A stretch of DNA of 63,741 nt from an uncultured virus (IMG/VR IMGVR_UViG_3300025669_002088). Lineage: Duplodnaviria; Heunggongvirae; Uroviricota; Caudoviricetes. The stretch spans positions 62,001 through 125,741 of the IMG/VR virus record IMGVR_UViG_3300025669_002088; one strand, written 5' to 3'. Shown piece by piece: positions 18,628 to 28,541 of this stretch. Positions within the stretch are counted from its first letter, which is position 1; every line of letters starts with the position of its first letter. The position numbers were made by a program, and so were the translations under genes. The notes under the pieces were generated by a model. That model was not told where the DNA came from, did not search any database, and was given only the letters and a program-made list of their open reading frames with translations.

Positions 18628-19968
18628 TTACTCCCCGAACAGGTCTAGGATGAGGTTGCTCTCATCAGTTTCAGTACTCTTCTGTGAGGAGGAGGGCGCA
18701 CCCCCTAAACGGGTCAGGGCGAGATCCAGATAATCTTCTTGAAGATCAATCCCTATGTAGTCCCTGCCGAAACGCATTGTTACGACTCCCGTGGTTGCCG
18801 AACCCGAAAAAGGATCAAGTACAGTACAAGGGATAGGTTTTTCAAGGGCACAGGCACAGGAAGCCTGCCATCCAACAGTTCGTTTTTGGATTGTGTCCGT
18901 TAGGGGTGACGACGATTGTCCTCTTTTGTAACTACCCTCCCCAGCAAGTTCTCCGGGTATACCCTTGGGGATCATTTTGTCCTTGCGCCAGTCACGCCCC
19001 CCTTCCTTTTCTATCACCCGTTCCCACTGTGCCCCACAGGCCGGACAGCAACCCTTTTCGCTCGTTCCCGCTTTGATCATAGGTTCAACCAGGGCTTCCG
19101 GCCATACGGCGAAATGAGCACCTCTATAAGGCTGTGTACTGATTGTCCAAACAGAACGCCTATTTCGTTTCCCATCAGGGGTATCCTGAGCACTTACCTC
19201 ACGAGATACCGTTGACCAAGCTTGACGCAACTGTCCCTGACGAGAAATAACATCTTTAGGACGCCCAACAGGTCTCCTTAATGGTTTCATTACCGCAGGC
19301 TCTCGAAGTGCCTCATTGTCGTAGAAATACCGTTTCGATTTCGACAACATGAAAATGTATTCATGTTGTCGGGTGCAGCGATCCCGCACGGGTTCTGGCA
19401 TGGGGTTAGGTTTACAAAAAATGATATCCTGACGTAACCACCACCCATCCGCTTGAAGTGCAAAGGCCACCCTCCAGGGAGTGCCAACCAGATCCTTAGG
19501 CTTTAAACCAGAGGTTGTTTTGCCCCTACCAATCCCACTCTTTCCATGAAGCCCTGAGGCATGCTTACCCCCTGTTGATCCCCCCCACTTCCCGTCATTC
19601 GCATAACTGTCCCCAAGATTCAGCCACGCTGTCCCGTCTTTGCGGAGTATCCGATGTAACTCGCGAAACACCAATATAATGTGGATGACATAGAGCGCAG
19701 GGGTCGGCTCTGCACCTAATTCCCCTAGCCATGCCCCACACTTAACACATGATGCGTCCTTCCACAGATGGTCACATCCGGGTTCTCCGCCCCACACCTG
19801 AGGAGGCGTTCCATAGTCACGAAGACCCCAAAAAGGAGGACTGGTGCAAATGGTGTGGACACTCTCAGCGGGTAATTGCCGAAGCGTGTCTATGACGTTA
19901 GCACCGTAGTAAAGATCCGCTTTCGGGGGGTCGTCCCCAAGAGGAGCAAATACAGTGACAGGATCCAT
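18628..19968 (-). CDS. Intact beta-class DNA methyltransferase (N4C/N6A family)
   Basis: TSPPF, LRKDGTAWLNLGD, HFAVWPEAL, VLDPFSGSATTG. Confidence 0.9.
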   Translation of the reverse strand: MDPVTVFAPLGDDPPKADLYYGANVIDTLRQLPAESVHTICTSPPFWGLRDYGTPPQVWGGEPGCDHLWKDASCVKCGAWLGELGAEPTPALYVIHIILVFRELHRILRKDGTAWLNLGDSYANDGKWGGSTGGKHASGLHGKSGIGRGKTTSGLKPKDLVGTPWRVAFALQADGWWLRQDIIFCKPNPMPEPVRDRCTRQHEYIFMLSKSKRYFYDNEALREPAVMKPLRRPVGRPKDVISRQGQLRQAWSTVSREVSAQDTPDGKRNRRSVWTISTQPYRGAHFAVWPEALVEPMIKAGTSEKGCCPACGAQWERVIEKEGGRDWRKDKMIPKGIPGELAGEGSYKRGQSSSPLTDTIQKRTVGWQASCACALEKPIPCTVLDPFSGSATTGVVTMRFGRDYIGIDLQEDYLDLALTRLGGAPSSSQKSTETDESNLILDLFGE

Positions 19969-20522
19969 CAGGACTCCTTTGGGGGTGTGAAGTGTTCGTG
20001 GCACCGGGCTGCGTATTCGGCCTTAGCCCCGCACTCTATCTGTTCCGTTGACTCGGTCAAACGCTGGGATCTAGTCGCCTCACCACCACACACGGTGCAG
20101 ATGGCAGTGAGCTTGAGAAATTTGTCAGCCAGGGCGAGCAGTTGAGGCATCGAGCCAAAAGGCACCCCACGGTAATCCAGATCCAACCCTGCCACAATGA
20201 CCCGGATACCTCGGTCAACCATGGACTGACACACGGGCACAATGTCGGAATCGAAAAACTGAGCCTCGTCTATCCCCACAACATCCACGTGAGGTTCCCG
20301 ATGAACAAGGCTAAGGATTTCCGCAGCGCACCCCACCTCCGTTGCAGGAAATTCGGATTGCACATGAGAAGCTAATCGCCCCCCTGAACGGGTGTCCGTT
20401 TGGGGCTTTACTGCTAGTGTGTGCTGTTGATCGTTCTGTGCATTTTGTAAACGGTGTATCAACTTCACCGTTTTTCCCGAAAACATGCAGCCGCAGATCA
20501 ACTCTAACTGACCTAATCGCAT
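19968..20522 (-). CDS. tdk: Thymidine kinase
   Basis: GCMFSGKT, IDEAQFF, AGLDLDY, AICTVCG, ARC. Confidence 0.92.
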   Translation of the reverse strand: MRLGQLELICGCMFSGKTVKLIHRLQNAQNDQQHTLAVKPQTDTRSGGRLASHVQSEFPATEVGCAAEILSLVHREPHVDVVGIDEAQFFDSDIVPVCQSMVDRGIRVIVAGLDLDYRGVPFGSMPQLLALADKFLKLTAICTVCGGEATRSQRLTESTEQIECGAKAEYAARCHEHFTPPKES

Positions 20523-20559
20523 CGACCCCTCCCGTTCCTCTTACTCTACCCGGAAAAGG

Positions 20560-21006
20560 CTAATGAGGGTGGGCTTCCTGCATCATTAAATAAACGGAAG
20601 CAATACGATTGATGGTGCTACGGGGGTCGCAGGCAACGGGTGTGAGGATTTTGCGTAGCTGGCGTACCTGTTGAGCGATCTCGGCAGGTGACTCCCCGTC
20701 ATGGAAGTTTTCCATTGTCCCCCGAGCGAACTCGGCTACACCCTCCAAGGCATCGGTGTAAACACCGTTTGGAGTGTCCAGGGTCACGCCCTCGTCCCCG
20801 AGGGCCTCTATGGTCAGTAGATGCTTGTGAATGCAGTCGGGACAGAGCTTGTAGGGATGGAGGAGGTGGTCCTCTAACAGGACACACTGCTTCAGGATCT
20901 CTCGGACGTTGAACAGGGGGTCCATCAGTGTCAGCCGCTCTTGCTGATACTTGACCGCCAGCCTACGGACGGCTGCTGCATGACGGCGTGCTGCGATTCT
21001 ACCCAT
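20560..21006 (-). CDS. Hypothetical phage protein
   Basis: REILKQCVLLEDHL...CPDCIHKH; RIASVY. Confidence 0.65.
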   Translation of the reverse strand: MGRIAARRHAAAVRRLAVKYQQERLTLMDPLFNVREILKQCVLLEDHLLHPYKLCPDCIHKHLLTIEALGDEGVTLDTPNGVYTDALEGVAEFARGTMENFHDGESPAEIAQQVRQLRKILTPVACDPRSTINRIASVYLMMQEAHPH

Positions 21007-21044
21007 GGAGTCGTTCCCCCTATCCGGGGTAGAGGATAGAGCAG

Positions 21045-21656
21045 CTATTGACCTTCAAGCTTCCTGACCTTCTCGGCGTCGCTCCGTCGCATTTTCTCGT
21101 CAGCGGCGTCAACCACACGAAGCTTGGCCCTCTTTTCCCCCTTGTACCGCAGGTTCCCCTCAGGTGTCCGTTCCTTCGTGTCAGGATCGATCCGCCGTGA
21201 AGTGAGTCCCTTTGCCCCAGGCTTGACAGCTTTGACGAGCCTGGGATCGATATGGTCGATGGCGATGTCCCATTGAAGCTCTACGGACAGGCCAGCACCG
21301 ATCAACATGGGGGACCCATCGGGCATGATCGTGGGGTAGGGTCTGCGAAGGAGCGTAACGCCACCATATGCCTGGAGTTCTATGTCTAGGGACTTCACAG
21401 GGATCAGCGTTTCCGGGGCCGTGAATGCCAGTCCGAACTTCACGGCGACCCGCTTGTCACCCACACCGATCCAGGATGGCGTGACGACCATGTTCCAGGG
21501 GTGGACCACGATCCGTATGGTCTGGGAGTCGATGATACGCTGGATGGTTTCCTGTTCATCCTCTGACATCGGAACGTACAGACCGTGCGGATTTCCGCCC
21601 CCGAAAATGTTTTTATCCTTGGCCATCACACATCTCCACAAATCCGAATGTGACAA
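21045..21656 (-). CDS. Hypothetical protein (start probably 21626)
   Basis: Operon position. Confidence 0.6.
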   Translation of the reverse strand: MSHSDLWRCVMAKDKNIFGGGNPHGLYVPMSEDEQETIQRIIDSQTIRIVVHPWNMVVTPSWIGVGDKRVAVKFGLAFTAPETLIPVKSLDIELQAYGGVTLLRRPYPTIMPDGSPMLIGAGLSVELQWDIAIDHIDPRLVKAVKPGAKGLTSRRIDPDTKERTPEGNLRYKGEKRAKLRVVDAADEKMRRSDAEKVRKLEGQ

Positions 21657-22120
21657 GCTCTAGGCTTGCCCTGCCTGACGCCCGCAAAAAACATCACGGA
21701 CTGACTTGGGATGGGGAGTCTCCCCTCCACCACTTCACTACGATGGAGATGGTAGACAACATCGTCCTCACCCCGGATAAAACCGTACCCTCGTGTGACA
21801 TCAAAGGTGTCGACTTTTCCGGCGACAGGAAGGGGTGATTTCAGCCTGGTGACCGTTTTCGCCCGTGACTGCAAAGAGGACGTGTCCATTTCCACCTCTA
21901 CCTCCTCCCCAAGGATCGGAGGCGGCGGAGCTTCGGCCCACTGACAGGACAACGCACACGCTGCACATACCGGGTTGACAGTCCATTCCGTTGGCGGGTG
22001 GAACACCCGTAGATGGAAAAAGACCTCGTCGCCCGAGTCCGGTTGCAGGAAGCCATACATCCTTTCGGGGATGTACTTTGCGACCCGCATCAGAGATGTT
22101 GGTGCGGTAACCTTACTCAT
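21626..22120 (-). CDS. Tandem cold-shock-domain protein
   Basis: Two RNP1/RNP2 pairs: YGFL..VFFH and GYGFI..YHLH. Confidence 0.75.
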   Translation of the reverse strand: MSKVTAPTSLMRVAKYIPERMYGFLQPDSGDEVFFHLRVFHPPTEWTVNPVCAACALSCQWAEAPPPPILGEEVEVEMDTSSLQSRAKTVTRLKSPLPVAGKVDTFDVTRGYGFIRGEDDVVYHLHRSEVVEGRLPIPSQSVMFFAGVRQGKPRACHIRICGDV

Positions 22121-22123
22121 GGA

Positions 22124-22651
22124 TCAGGCCAGGGCCTTCTCCAGAGCCTTCAGGATCTCTTTCTTGGTGTCGTCCATGGTCACATGGACCGCCAGGGCAT
22201 CTGCGATCTCCAAGAGCCTCGTCTTGTTCGTCTTGGACGAGAACTCGGGAACCACGTACTCGGGCTTGGCCTCAGGGTCCGCCTCTACCTCAGGCTCCTG
22301 TTCCTCTTTGACCTCTGGCTTGGCATCCAGAGCCGCCTCGACCGCTTCCTCGTCCTCTAGGATGAGGTCGTCCACGTTCTCAGGTTCGTCTTCCAGCTTG
22401 TCCTCAGGCACCGCTTCGACCTCGGGCTCTTCCTCGGCCAATGCCGGGTCGGGTTCCGCAGGAGGCACGACCTCAGGTTCGGCCTCGATGACAGGCTCCG
22501 GCTCCACCACGGGGACCTCTACCTCGGGAAGCGCCTGGGTGGGGATAGGGATGCCCCGCTTACGGAACAGGGCCTCGGCCTCCAACTGCTCCCTTGCGTT
22601 GGCGGCGATTGAACGTCCCCGTGCAGATGGGGGTGTAAACAAATTAGACAT
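22124..22651 (-). CDS. Acidic E/P-rich protein with a C-terminal HeH/LEM-like motif
   Basis: Low-complexity core; KTRLLEIADAL...TKKEILKAL. Confidence 0.6.
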   Translation of the reverse strand: MSNLFTPPSARGRSIAANAREQLEAEALFRKRGIPIPTQALPEVEVPVVEPEPVIEAEPEVVPPAEPDPALAEEEPEVEAVPEDKLEDEPENVDDLILEDEEAVEAALDAKPEVKEEQEPEVEADPEAKPEYVVPEFSSKTNKTRLLEIADALAVHVTMDDTKKEILKALEKALA

Positions 22652-22667
22652 GACGTCCTCCTCTTCC

Positions 22668-23036
22668 TCAAATCAGTTTGAACAAACCACCCAGGATCAA
22701 TCCGAATACCCTCGAGATTTTCACCAGGAAGTCATGAGCAGCAGTTTTCTTGTCCGCCTCGGCGTTCTGGAGTTCCGCCAGTATATCACTGGACACCCGC
22801 AGATTTGCCCAGGGCATATCCGGCACCTTGTTTTTCTTCAGATCTTTGACCACATTGATGGCCATGACGATCCCCTCGGGACCAAACTTCTCGATTGCAT
22901 CGGCGGCCAACGCCAGGACTGACTTCTGCCAGCCCTTGGACTTGTCAATGACACCGTCCAATTCGTCCGTGATCTTGTCGATGACCTTCTGTCCAAGAAT
23001 AGGAAGCAACTTCTCTAGCAGCTTGTCAAAATCCAT
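22668..23036 (-). CDS. Hypothetical protein with a hydrophobic C-terminus
   Basis: RBS and operon position. Confidence 0.6.
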   Translation of the reverse strand: MDFDKLLEKLLPILGQKVIDKITDELDGVIDKSKGWQKSVLALAADAIEKFGPEGIVMAINVVKDLKKNKVPDMPWANLRVSSDILAELQNAEADKKTAAHDFLVKISRVFGLILGGLFKLI

Positions 23037-23038
23037 GA

Positions 23039-23395
23039 TCAGTTACCTCTCTTCAGGCACAGTGACTCAGGCAACGGAATGACAGGCGGCTCTTTCGGGG
23101 GCCGTTTTTTCGACAACCCACCCAGGTACAATGACATCGCTTTATGCCAGGGTACCCTCGCCTGTACCGTCACGACCTTGTCCGCAGCATCCCGGCAAAC
23201 ATCAGTCGTAAACTGACCAGCCACGCACACACAATGCTGCTGGATGAAGATCTCCAGGGAAGCTGCAGGTTGTAGAGCCGCCTGCTCCATGAAGTCCATC
23301 TCGGTGCGGTAGACAGCCTCGTCCCGCACGAGACATGTGGAGGAGCACCCCCACAACAGAGCCGCAGAAATCACGAAGACCACAAAAGTACGCAT
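23039..23395 (-). CDS. Putative lipoprotein
   Basis: Signal peptide ending LWGC; AGGAGG RBS. Confidence 0.6.
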   Translation of the reverse strand: MRTFVVFVISAALLWGCSSTCLVRDEAVYRTEMDFMEQAALQPAASLEIFIQQHCVCVAGQFTTDVCRDAADKVVTVQARVPWHKAMSLYLGGLSKKRPPKEPPVIPLPESLCLKRGN

Positions 23396-24633
23396 CTGAC
23401 TTCCTCCTGTAAGGCACTAGGACAAAAAAGCCCAAGCACACCTATATACACTAGACCTTTTGGTCGCCATAGCAACTGGGTTTTACTATATGACACAGGG
23501 AAGTTACTATCCCCATGTGTTCGTAAGGTTAGGCCACGCTCCTTTAAGCTCCGTACCGACCCTACAACCACTCCCCGACTACGATGTCTTGCTCGTACCA
23601 AGTCCCAATGCCGAAACCCCATACGTTCATGACATTTCTTCGTTGGGTTGTCCTCCCACACCTTAGTTCGACGGGGGATTATAGTGAACATCCTTTCCGT
23701 GATTGTCGGTCTGTATGCTCGGCACACCATCGCTACAGCATCGAGATCGTGCGCCTTGGGCAACTTTAAGGTGTCACGCCACAACTTAGTCATCCACCCA
23801 CAACAAGTGTTCACAGCGAGACCGCATGAACGCAACCCTTCACGCAGGTACTTCTTTCCTGCTTGTAAATGAGCAGGGTAGAGGAACCGCTTGGGTCTGG
23901 CAGTTAGCACCCACAGCCCATCGTGAAGTTCCTTGTGGCAAGTTCTACACAGGGTAAGGCCGTTGCTCGGGGAGTTCCCACCACCCACACTCTTTGGCTT
24001 GATGTGATGTGCTTGGAGCCACTCAGTAGAGCTGCAACGTGTGCATTTGTAACGATCCCGCCAGAGTACCTTGGCACGGAAGTTCCGACCCTCGTATTCC
24101 GACTGTTGGAACTCTGCACCAACCAACTTCCTGCCTGCCGCCATACTGCTAATGTCAAACTGCCCCTCTTCAACAACAGCCTTGGTGATGTGAAGAACCT
24201 TCCCAAGATCTCTAATCACTCGAAGTATGCTATCCTTCTTCTGTCGAATAGTCGGGGACAAAAAACCCTTCCTTCCTCGGTTCAGGAATCGAGCTGGGCG
24301 ATGTCGGAGCTTCCGATTTCTTCTTGTTCGTCGATACGCTGCCCGTTGCGTCATCTTCCTTGTAACATCCTGACGTAACCGGACAGTACCTCGGAAAACT
24401 ACTTCCTTGGTATGCTCGTTTACCATCGCTATGCCAACGTGTTTTGCCCCATCATCGATGCCAACAGTAAAAGTTCCAACAGGATTCTCAACAACACGGG
24501 CCAATTGGATTGTAAAGGGTACCACTTGGTGTACCTGGGCACGACCAGCTTGCACTAACTTTCTAGCCCGTGCCGGATGAGTGGGAAGTAACTGCTTCCC
24601 GTCAGCGTCTATCACAAAGACTTTCTGTGTCAT
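23371..24633 (-). CDS. iscB: IscB RNA-guided nuclease, copy 1
   Basis: PLMP-like LLPT, RuvC-I GIDDG, RRTRR bridge helix, RuvC-II EEGQFD, HNH AHHI..N..TLC..CH, RuvC-III HDLDA. Confidence 0.93.
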   Translation of the reverse strand: MTQKVFVIDADGKQLLPTHPARARKLVQAGRAQVHQVVPFTIQLARVVENPVGTFTVGIDDGAKHVGIAMVNEHTKEVVFRGTVRLRQDVTRKMTQRAAYRRTRRNRKLRHRPARFLNRGRKGFLSPTIRQKKDSILRVIRDLGKVLHITKAVVEEGQFDISSMAAGRKLVGAEFQQSEYEGRNFRAKVLWRDRYKCTRCSSTEWLQAHHIKPKSVGGGNSPSNGLTLCRTCHKELHDGLWVLTARPKRFLYPAHLQAGKKYLREGLRSCGLAVNTCCGWMTKLWRDTLKLPKAHDLDAVAMVCRAYRPTITERMFTIIPRRTKVWEDNPTKKCHERMGFRHWDLVRARHRSRGVVVGSVRSLKERGLTLRTHGDSNFPVSYSKTQLLWRPKGLVYIGVLGLFCPSALQEEVRCVLLWSS

Positions 24634-24912
24634 TTAAGACACCTCCCGAAGGGAAATTGTTGTCCTCGGCAAAGTTTCCGGGCCTCTGGTTGTATCGAAG
24701 ATGTTACCAACCATTTCAGGTCTTGTTTCGTCCTTTGATACCGCTAGAGCCTGGAACTGGACACATTCCAGGGTAGCTGTCCTTAAGGACAACCCGGAGA
24801 ACGTAGGAGTCTCACCCTTAGTTCCACCATTTTTATTCTGGTGGTTCACCTTAACACTCCTCCTTAGCCTCAAAGCCGCATGTCCAGTTTTGTCTACCTT
24901 TCACGAAGCTCC
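24634..24912 (-). ncRNA. omegaRNA (HEARO-like) scaffold, copy 1
   Basis: Conserved upstream of all three iscB genes; CTACGTT, CCTGGAA/TTCCAGG stem, GTCC-GGAC pseudoknot; compensatory changes relative to copy 2. Confidence 0.85.
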
Positions 24913-24932
24913 TGTCCGTTGTACCATACCCA

Positions 24933-25256
24933 TCAAGGTGCCTTGTAGGGGGGTGGTTTCCACCGGCCCCCACGTTGAACACCAGCCGTATTCATTACGT
25001 TTTGTAGACGGTCGGCTGCGACCACGTCATCCAGGATCATTTCCGAAGCCGCAGTCTCTGTGAGCCTGTCTAATCGGGCCTGCTCTTCCGGTAACAAACT
25101 GGGGTAAAGACGATTGTAGGAGGCTCGGGCACTGGGGATGTGCAATAGAAACTGATTGATGTAGTGGTCGCTCAGTCTCAACGGGTTGGTGACGTCGCCA
25201 TCAACCCCTTTAAGCATGTTCTGCCCTACATTGTCTATCCAGAAGTCCTCTGCCAT
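24933..25256 (-). CDS. Hypothetical protein
   Basis: RBS and operon orientation. Confidence 0.55.
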   Translation of the reverse strand: MAEDFWIDNVGQNMLKGVDGDVTNPLRLSDHYINQFLLHIPSARASYNRLYPSLLPEEQARLDRLTETAASEMILDDVVAADRLQNVMNTAGVQRGGRWKPPPYKAP

Positions 25257-25305
25257 TCTAGTCCCCCATCCTGCTGACAGGATCTATAAAGGCAGATCAA
25301 CGAGA

Positions 25306-25899
25306 TTAGGAGTTGTTCCCGTGAGGATCACGAAGGATGTCGTTCCGACCATCTGCAGTAGGATCGGCCTCAAGTCTTCCCACGATGTCGGAGGTGTTGG
25401 ACTCGGGGAGAGTGACGATGATAGCCTGACCAAGTGCTGGGGCCGTTTTAACCATCCGACGTTTCGGGGTGGGCTTCGCAGTCGCCTCCTGAATCGCCTC
25501 CATCAGGGCACGTTTGCCTCTACCAAAGGGTTCAGGATCGATCCCAGCTTCCTTCGCAGCTTTCCGAAGAGCATCCAACGACGGGAGGGTGCTCGTCCAG
25601 TTCTTGTCCCCATCCGTGTTCGCCGCAACCTCCAACTGAACGATCCCGAGGGCGTCAACCTTGATGGTACAGACGCCTTTCCTGTTGGACTTCTGGGCTG
25701 CTGCTTTCGCCACCGTTTCAGTCAGGGGGTTGGCTGCCAGAGCTTCATTGGCCTCGTCCACAACTGTTTCAAGATGTTCACGAGCAGCCAACAAACGCTG
25801 ATACAAAGGACCGTCCGACCCTTCCGTTGTAGCAGCCAGTAGTGCTTCCGCCCAACGACCGTCCAGGGATTCCCTGTATGTTTTTCGATCCATCTGCAT
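25306..25899 (-). CDS. Hypothetical protein
   Basis: AAGGAG RBS; phage-like codon usage. Confidence 0.6.
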   Translation of the reverse strand: MQMDRKTYRESLDGRWAEALLAATTEGSDGPLYQRLLAAREHLETVVDEANEALAANPLTETVAKAAAQKSNRKGVCTIKVDALGIVQLEVAANTDGDKNWTSTLPSLDALRKAAKEAGIDPEPFGRGKRALMEAIQEATAKPTPKRRMVKTAPALGQAIIVTLPESNTSDIVGRLEADPTADGRNDILRDPHGNNS

Positions 25900-26015
25900 C
25901 TCCTTTCCGGTACCTTACCTTCATCTACTCATCAGGGCGGGGAAAGGGCATTAGTTTCCCTTCCTTTCAGAAAGTTTCAAGGGATTTGGGGTAGAGTCAG
26001 AGGACGGAGGTACCA

Positions 26016-26582
26016 ATGAAACTGAAAGATCGCAGACTTTGCTTTATCGACACGGAAACAACTGGGCTCGATCCTTTTGTTCACGAGATGATCGAGTTTG
26101 CAGCAGTGTTTCAGGATGGGACCGTTGGCCAAGGGTTCAGGATCAAACCACAGCACATAGAGACGGCCAGTCCCAAGGCTCTGGAAGTCAACGGCTACAA
26201 ACCGGAGGACTGGAAAGACGCTTTAGCCCCTCTGGATGCTGCTGAGAGGATCGGCAAGTTGCTGGACAACTGCATCCTGGTGGGACACAACGTCGGCTTC
26301 GACATCGGCTTCATCAAGGCCCTCCTGAAACGGGAAGAGATCGATGCCTGGATCGACCACCGACACATCGACACCTCAGTGCTGGCCATGGAGCACCTGC
26401 CCCTCTGCGGGTTAGAGAGTGCCTCCCTTCACAACGTCTGCGTTTTCCTGGGCATCGAACCTGAGCAGGCTACACACAGGGCCGAGAACGGCGCTATCAG
26501 GGCTTTACGAGTCTACAACGCACTGTGCCGGGCTGGATGGTGGAAACGGCTGTGGTGGCGCTGGAGGAACCGGAAGGGCTAA
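26016..26582 (+). CDS. DEDDh 3'-5' exonuclease (DnaQ-like)
   Basis: FIDTETTGL, VGHNVGFD, IDT, HRA; the last Asp appears replaced (HRAENG). Confidence 0.85.
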   Translation: MKLKDRRLCFIDTETTGLDPFVHEMIEFAAVFQDGTVGQGFRIKPQHIETASPKALEVNGYKPEDWKDALAPLDAAERIGKLLDNCILVGHNVGFDIGFIKALLKREEIDAWIDHRHIDTSVLAMEHLPLCGLESASLHNVCVFLGIEPEQATHRAENGAIRALRVYNALCRAGWWKRLWWRWRNRKG

Positions 26583-26932
26583 GAGGGGGTTGCTAACAGT
26601 GGGTTAAAACAGCCTTTAATAGGACATTAGTCCTTGCGAGGTCAAGAATCCTTGACTTCTTTTCTCTTTCTTCTTATCGTGATTGGCGTAAGGGCGATAG
26701 CCAAGCTCTTCAAAGTGTTCTTTGGAATTTTGGATTCGGTGGTTGGTGAGAAAAGATCTCACCGTAAAATCCAAATCGTTGAGAGACTTAATGTCTTTTG
26801 CGATTGTTTTTTGACCGTCAGTTCGACGGTGACAGCCTGTGGAGAGGGGAGCGCTGGCTTGGTCCTAGATCAAGTGAAACTGTCTTCTGTGAAGCAGGAA
26901 CCTAACACCAATCGGGTGTGTCCTTGATTGGG

Positions 26933-27271
26933 TCAGTTTAGGAGAACGGTGTCCTCGTTCAGGCCCAGCAACCCCATGCGCTCACGCTTCTGAGATGCCG
27001 ACTGGATCTCGGTGAGCCTTTCCACTCGGACGCCCGCCCGTTCCTTGATCAACTCCTCCACGGCCATCACAGCCTCCTCCGTTCCGTGCATCTTCCACAC
27101 AGTACGCCCCCCGTCATGATGGAGGGTCGGTGTCATGGTCATCTCGATGATGAAGGAGTTACCGCCAGTTATCACCAGCGTCCAAACACGGGAAGGCTCT
27201 ACCCTTAGGGGAGCCACCCTGCTGATCTCGTTTGCCATTCCGTTGTCTCCTCCGCAGAGGTTTGGTCCCAA
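26933..27271 (-). CDS. Hypothetical protein (start probably 27237)
   Basis: GGAGGAG RBS before MANE. Confidence 0.5.
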   Translation of the reverse strand: MGPNLCGGDNGMANEISRVAPLRVEPSRVWTLVITGGNSFIIEMTMTPTLHHDGGRTVWKMHGTEEAVMAVEELIKERAGVRVERLTEIQSASQKRERMGLLGLNEDTVLLN

Positions 27272-27543
27272 CCGAACAACTTCAGAAGGAAGGGGCTCGC
27301 TGGGGGAACAAAGACCTCCTCGGAGACAGCAGCCACCGAGATCCTGTGGGATCTCAACACCGCCGTCCGCCCTGAGAACTTTGCATCCTTAGGTAACAGT
27401 ACCGCTAGCATCCGACTATGTTGGAGGGCGGACTCAACTGTGGGGCACAGAAAAACGATCCAGTCGGGCTTGGCAGGGAGACTCTGGATGGCTGCGATCA
27501 GTTCTACGATCATGGTGAGGACTCGTACAAGCGCCCGCACCAA
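27205..27543 (-). CDS. Hypothetical protein
   Basis: Coupled operon gene. Confidence 0.5.
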   Translation of the reverse strand: MVRALVRVLTMIVELIAAIQSLPAKPDWIVFLCPTVESALQHSRMLAVLLPKDAKFSGRTAVLRSHRISVAAVSEEVFVPPASPFLLKLFGWDQTSAEETTEWQTRSAGWLP

Positions 27544-28541
27544 CCCACCGTCCTCTCATTGATCTGGTGCATCGGTGCAACCTCAAGGATCAGGGGTCTA
27601 GGTGTTTTGTCCTGGAGCTTGTCCACAAGGTCAGAGGCCAAGGCCATCGCTGCTATGTCAAAAAAAGAAAAGTTCGGGGACAAGGATTCCCGACCTGAGA
27701 TGTCCACTGCCCACGTTGCAAGGGCGCAGGGGGTCTCATTTCCCTCCACAGGATCTCGGGGTGTCACATCGAACCTCAACCGGGCCAGAGCCTGGATGAT
27801 CCCATCCCTGATCACGGGCGACACAGAACGCCGCCCCTGGGATGTTGCCACCGCTGCCCAGGTGGCCTCCAGGGTTTCCTTCTTTTTGAGCACAGCCAAC
27901 TCCGCCCCAGTAGGTTTGGCCGTTTTTGCCAGGGCCGGGAGTTGCCCCCGGCGATACCCTGACAGATCCGTTCCCGCAGACCCGAACTTGGCGATGTCTA
28001 GGGCTACGTCCGGTTTGACAACAGCCCTCCCATGGTCGGCTATAACTTTGAGGACTGCGGGATCGGCTGTAATACCTTGAAGCCGTTTCTTCTCGTGGGT
28101 GTCCAACTGTGTCTGGGTTTCCAATGCGGCAGCGGCAAGCATCCGACCTACCATCACAGAGTTCCTAGCAGTGGTGTCCACAGGGACAGAAGGGAGTTGC
28201 CCCTTGAGGATCGGTCCTGACCGTAACTCAGGCATGTCACCATCCAACTGGGCACGCTCAATCAGTCCGGCTTCTACCAGAGGATTGATCCGAGGGAGCT
28301 TGTTGGTCGGGTTATGTGTCTCAAGCTGAGGTTCAGGCAGCTTCTCAGCGGCCTTCTCCAGTGCCTCTCGGGCCTTCGGATCCTCCTCGCTGATCTGCAT
28401 GATCCAACGAACGGCTTCCGTTACCTCAATCTTTTTGTCACGAGCGTCAGCCAGGATCTGCCCCAACGCAGGGGACTCCTCCGTGACTTCCTTCTCCAGA
28501 GAGGCCAGGGCGTCCAGAAGGGTCCTTGGATCTTCGGTCAT
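27510..28541 (-). CDS. Hypothetical protein
   Basis: 343-aa ORF with ATGA coupling. Confidence 0.65.
   Translation of the reverse strand: MTEDPRTLLDALASLEKEVTEESPALGQILADARDKKIEVTEAVRWIMQISEEDPKAREALEKAAEKLPEPQLETHNPTNKLPRINPLVEAGLIERAQLDGDMPELRSGPILKGQLPSVPVDTTARNSVMVGRMLAAAALETQTQLDTHEKKRLQGITADPAVLKVIADHGRAVVKPDVALDIAKFGSAGTDLSGYRRGQLPALAKTAKPTGAELAVLKKKETLEATWAAVATSQGRRSVSPVIRDGIIQALARLRFDVTPRDPVEGNETPCALATWAVDISGRESLSPNFSFFDIAAMALASDLVDKLQDKTPRPLILEVAPMHQINERTVGWCGRLYESSP

Noticed and set aside
24634..24873. 79-aa ORFs upstream of iscB (also 57161-57400)
   Set aside because: They overlay the omegaRNA; the substitutions are compensatory in an RNA stem and the starts lack an RBS.
23401..24912. 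TIRs and an 8-bp TSD for IscB copy 1
   Set aside because: Only weak, gapped inverted similarity and a 7-nt shared junction that overlaps the RBS.
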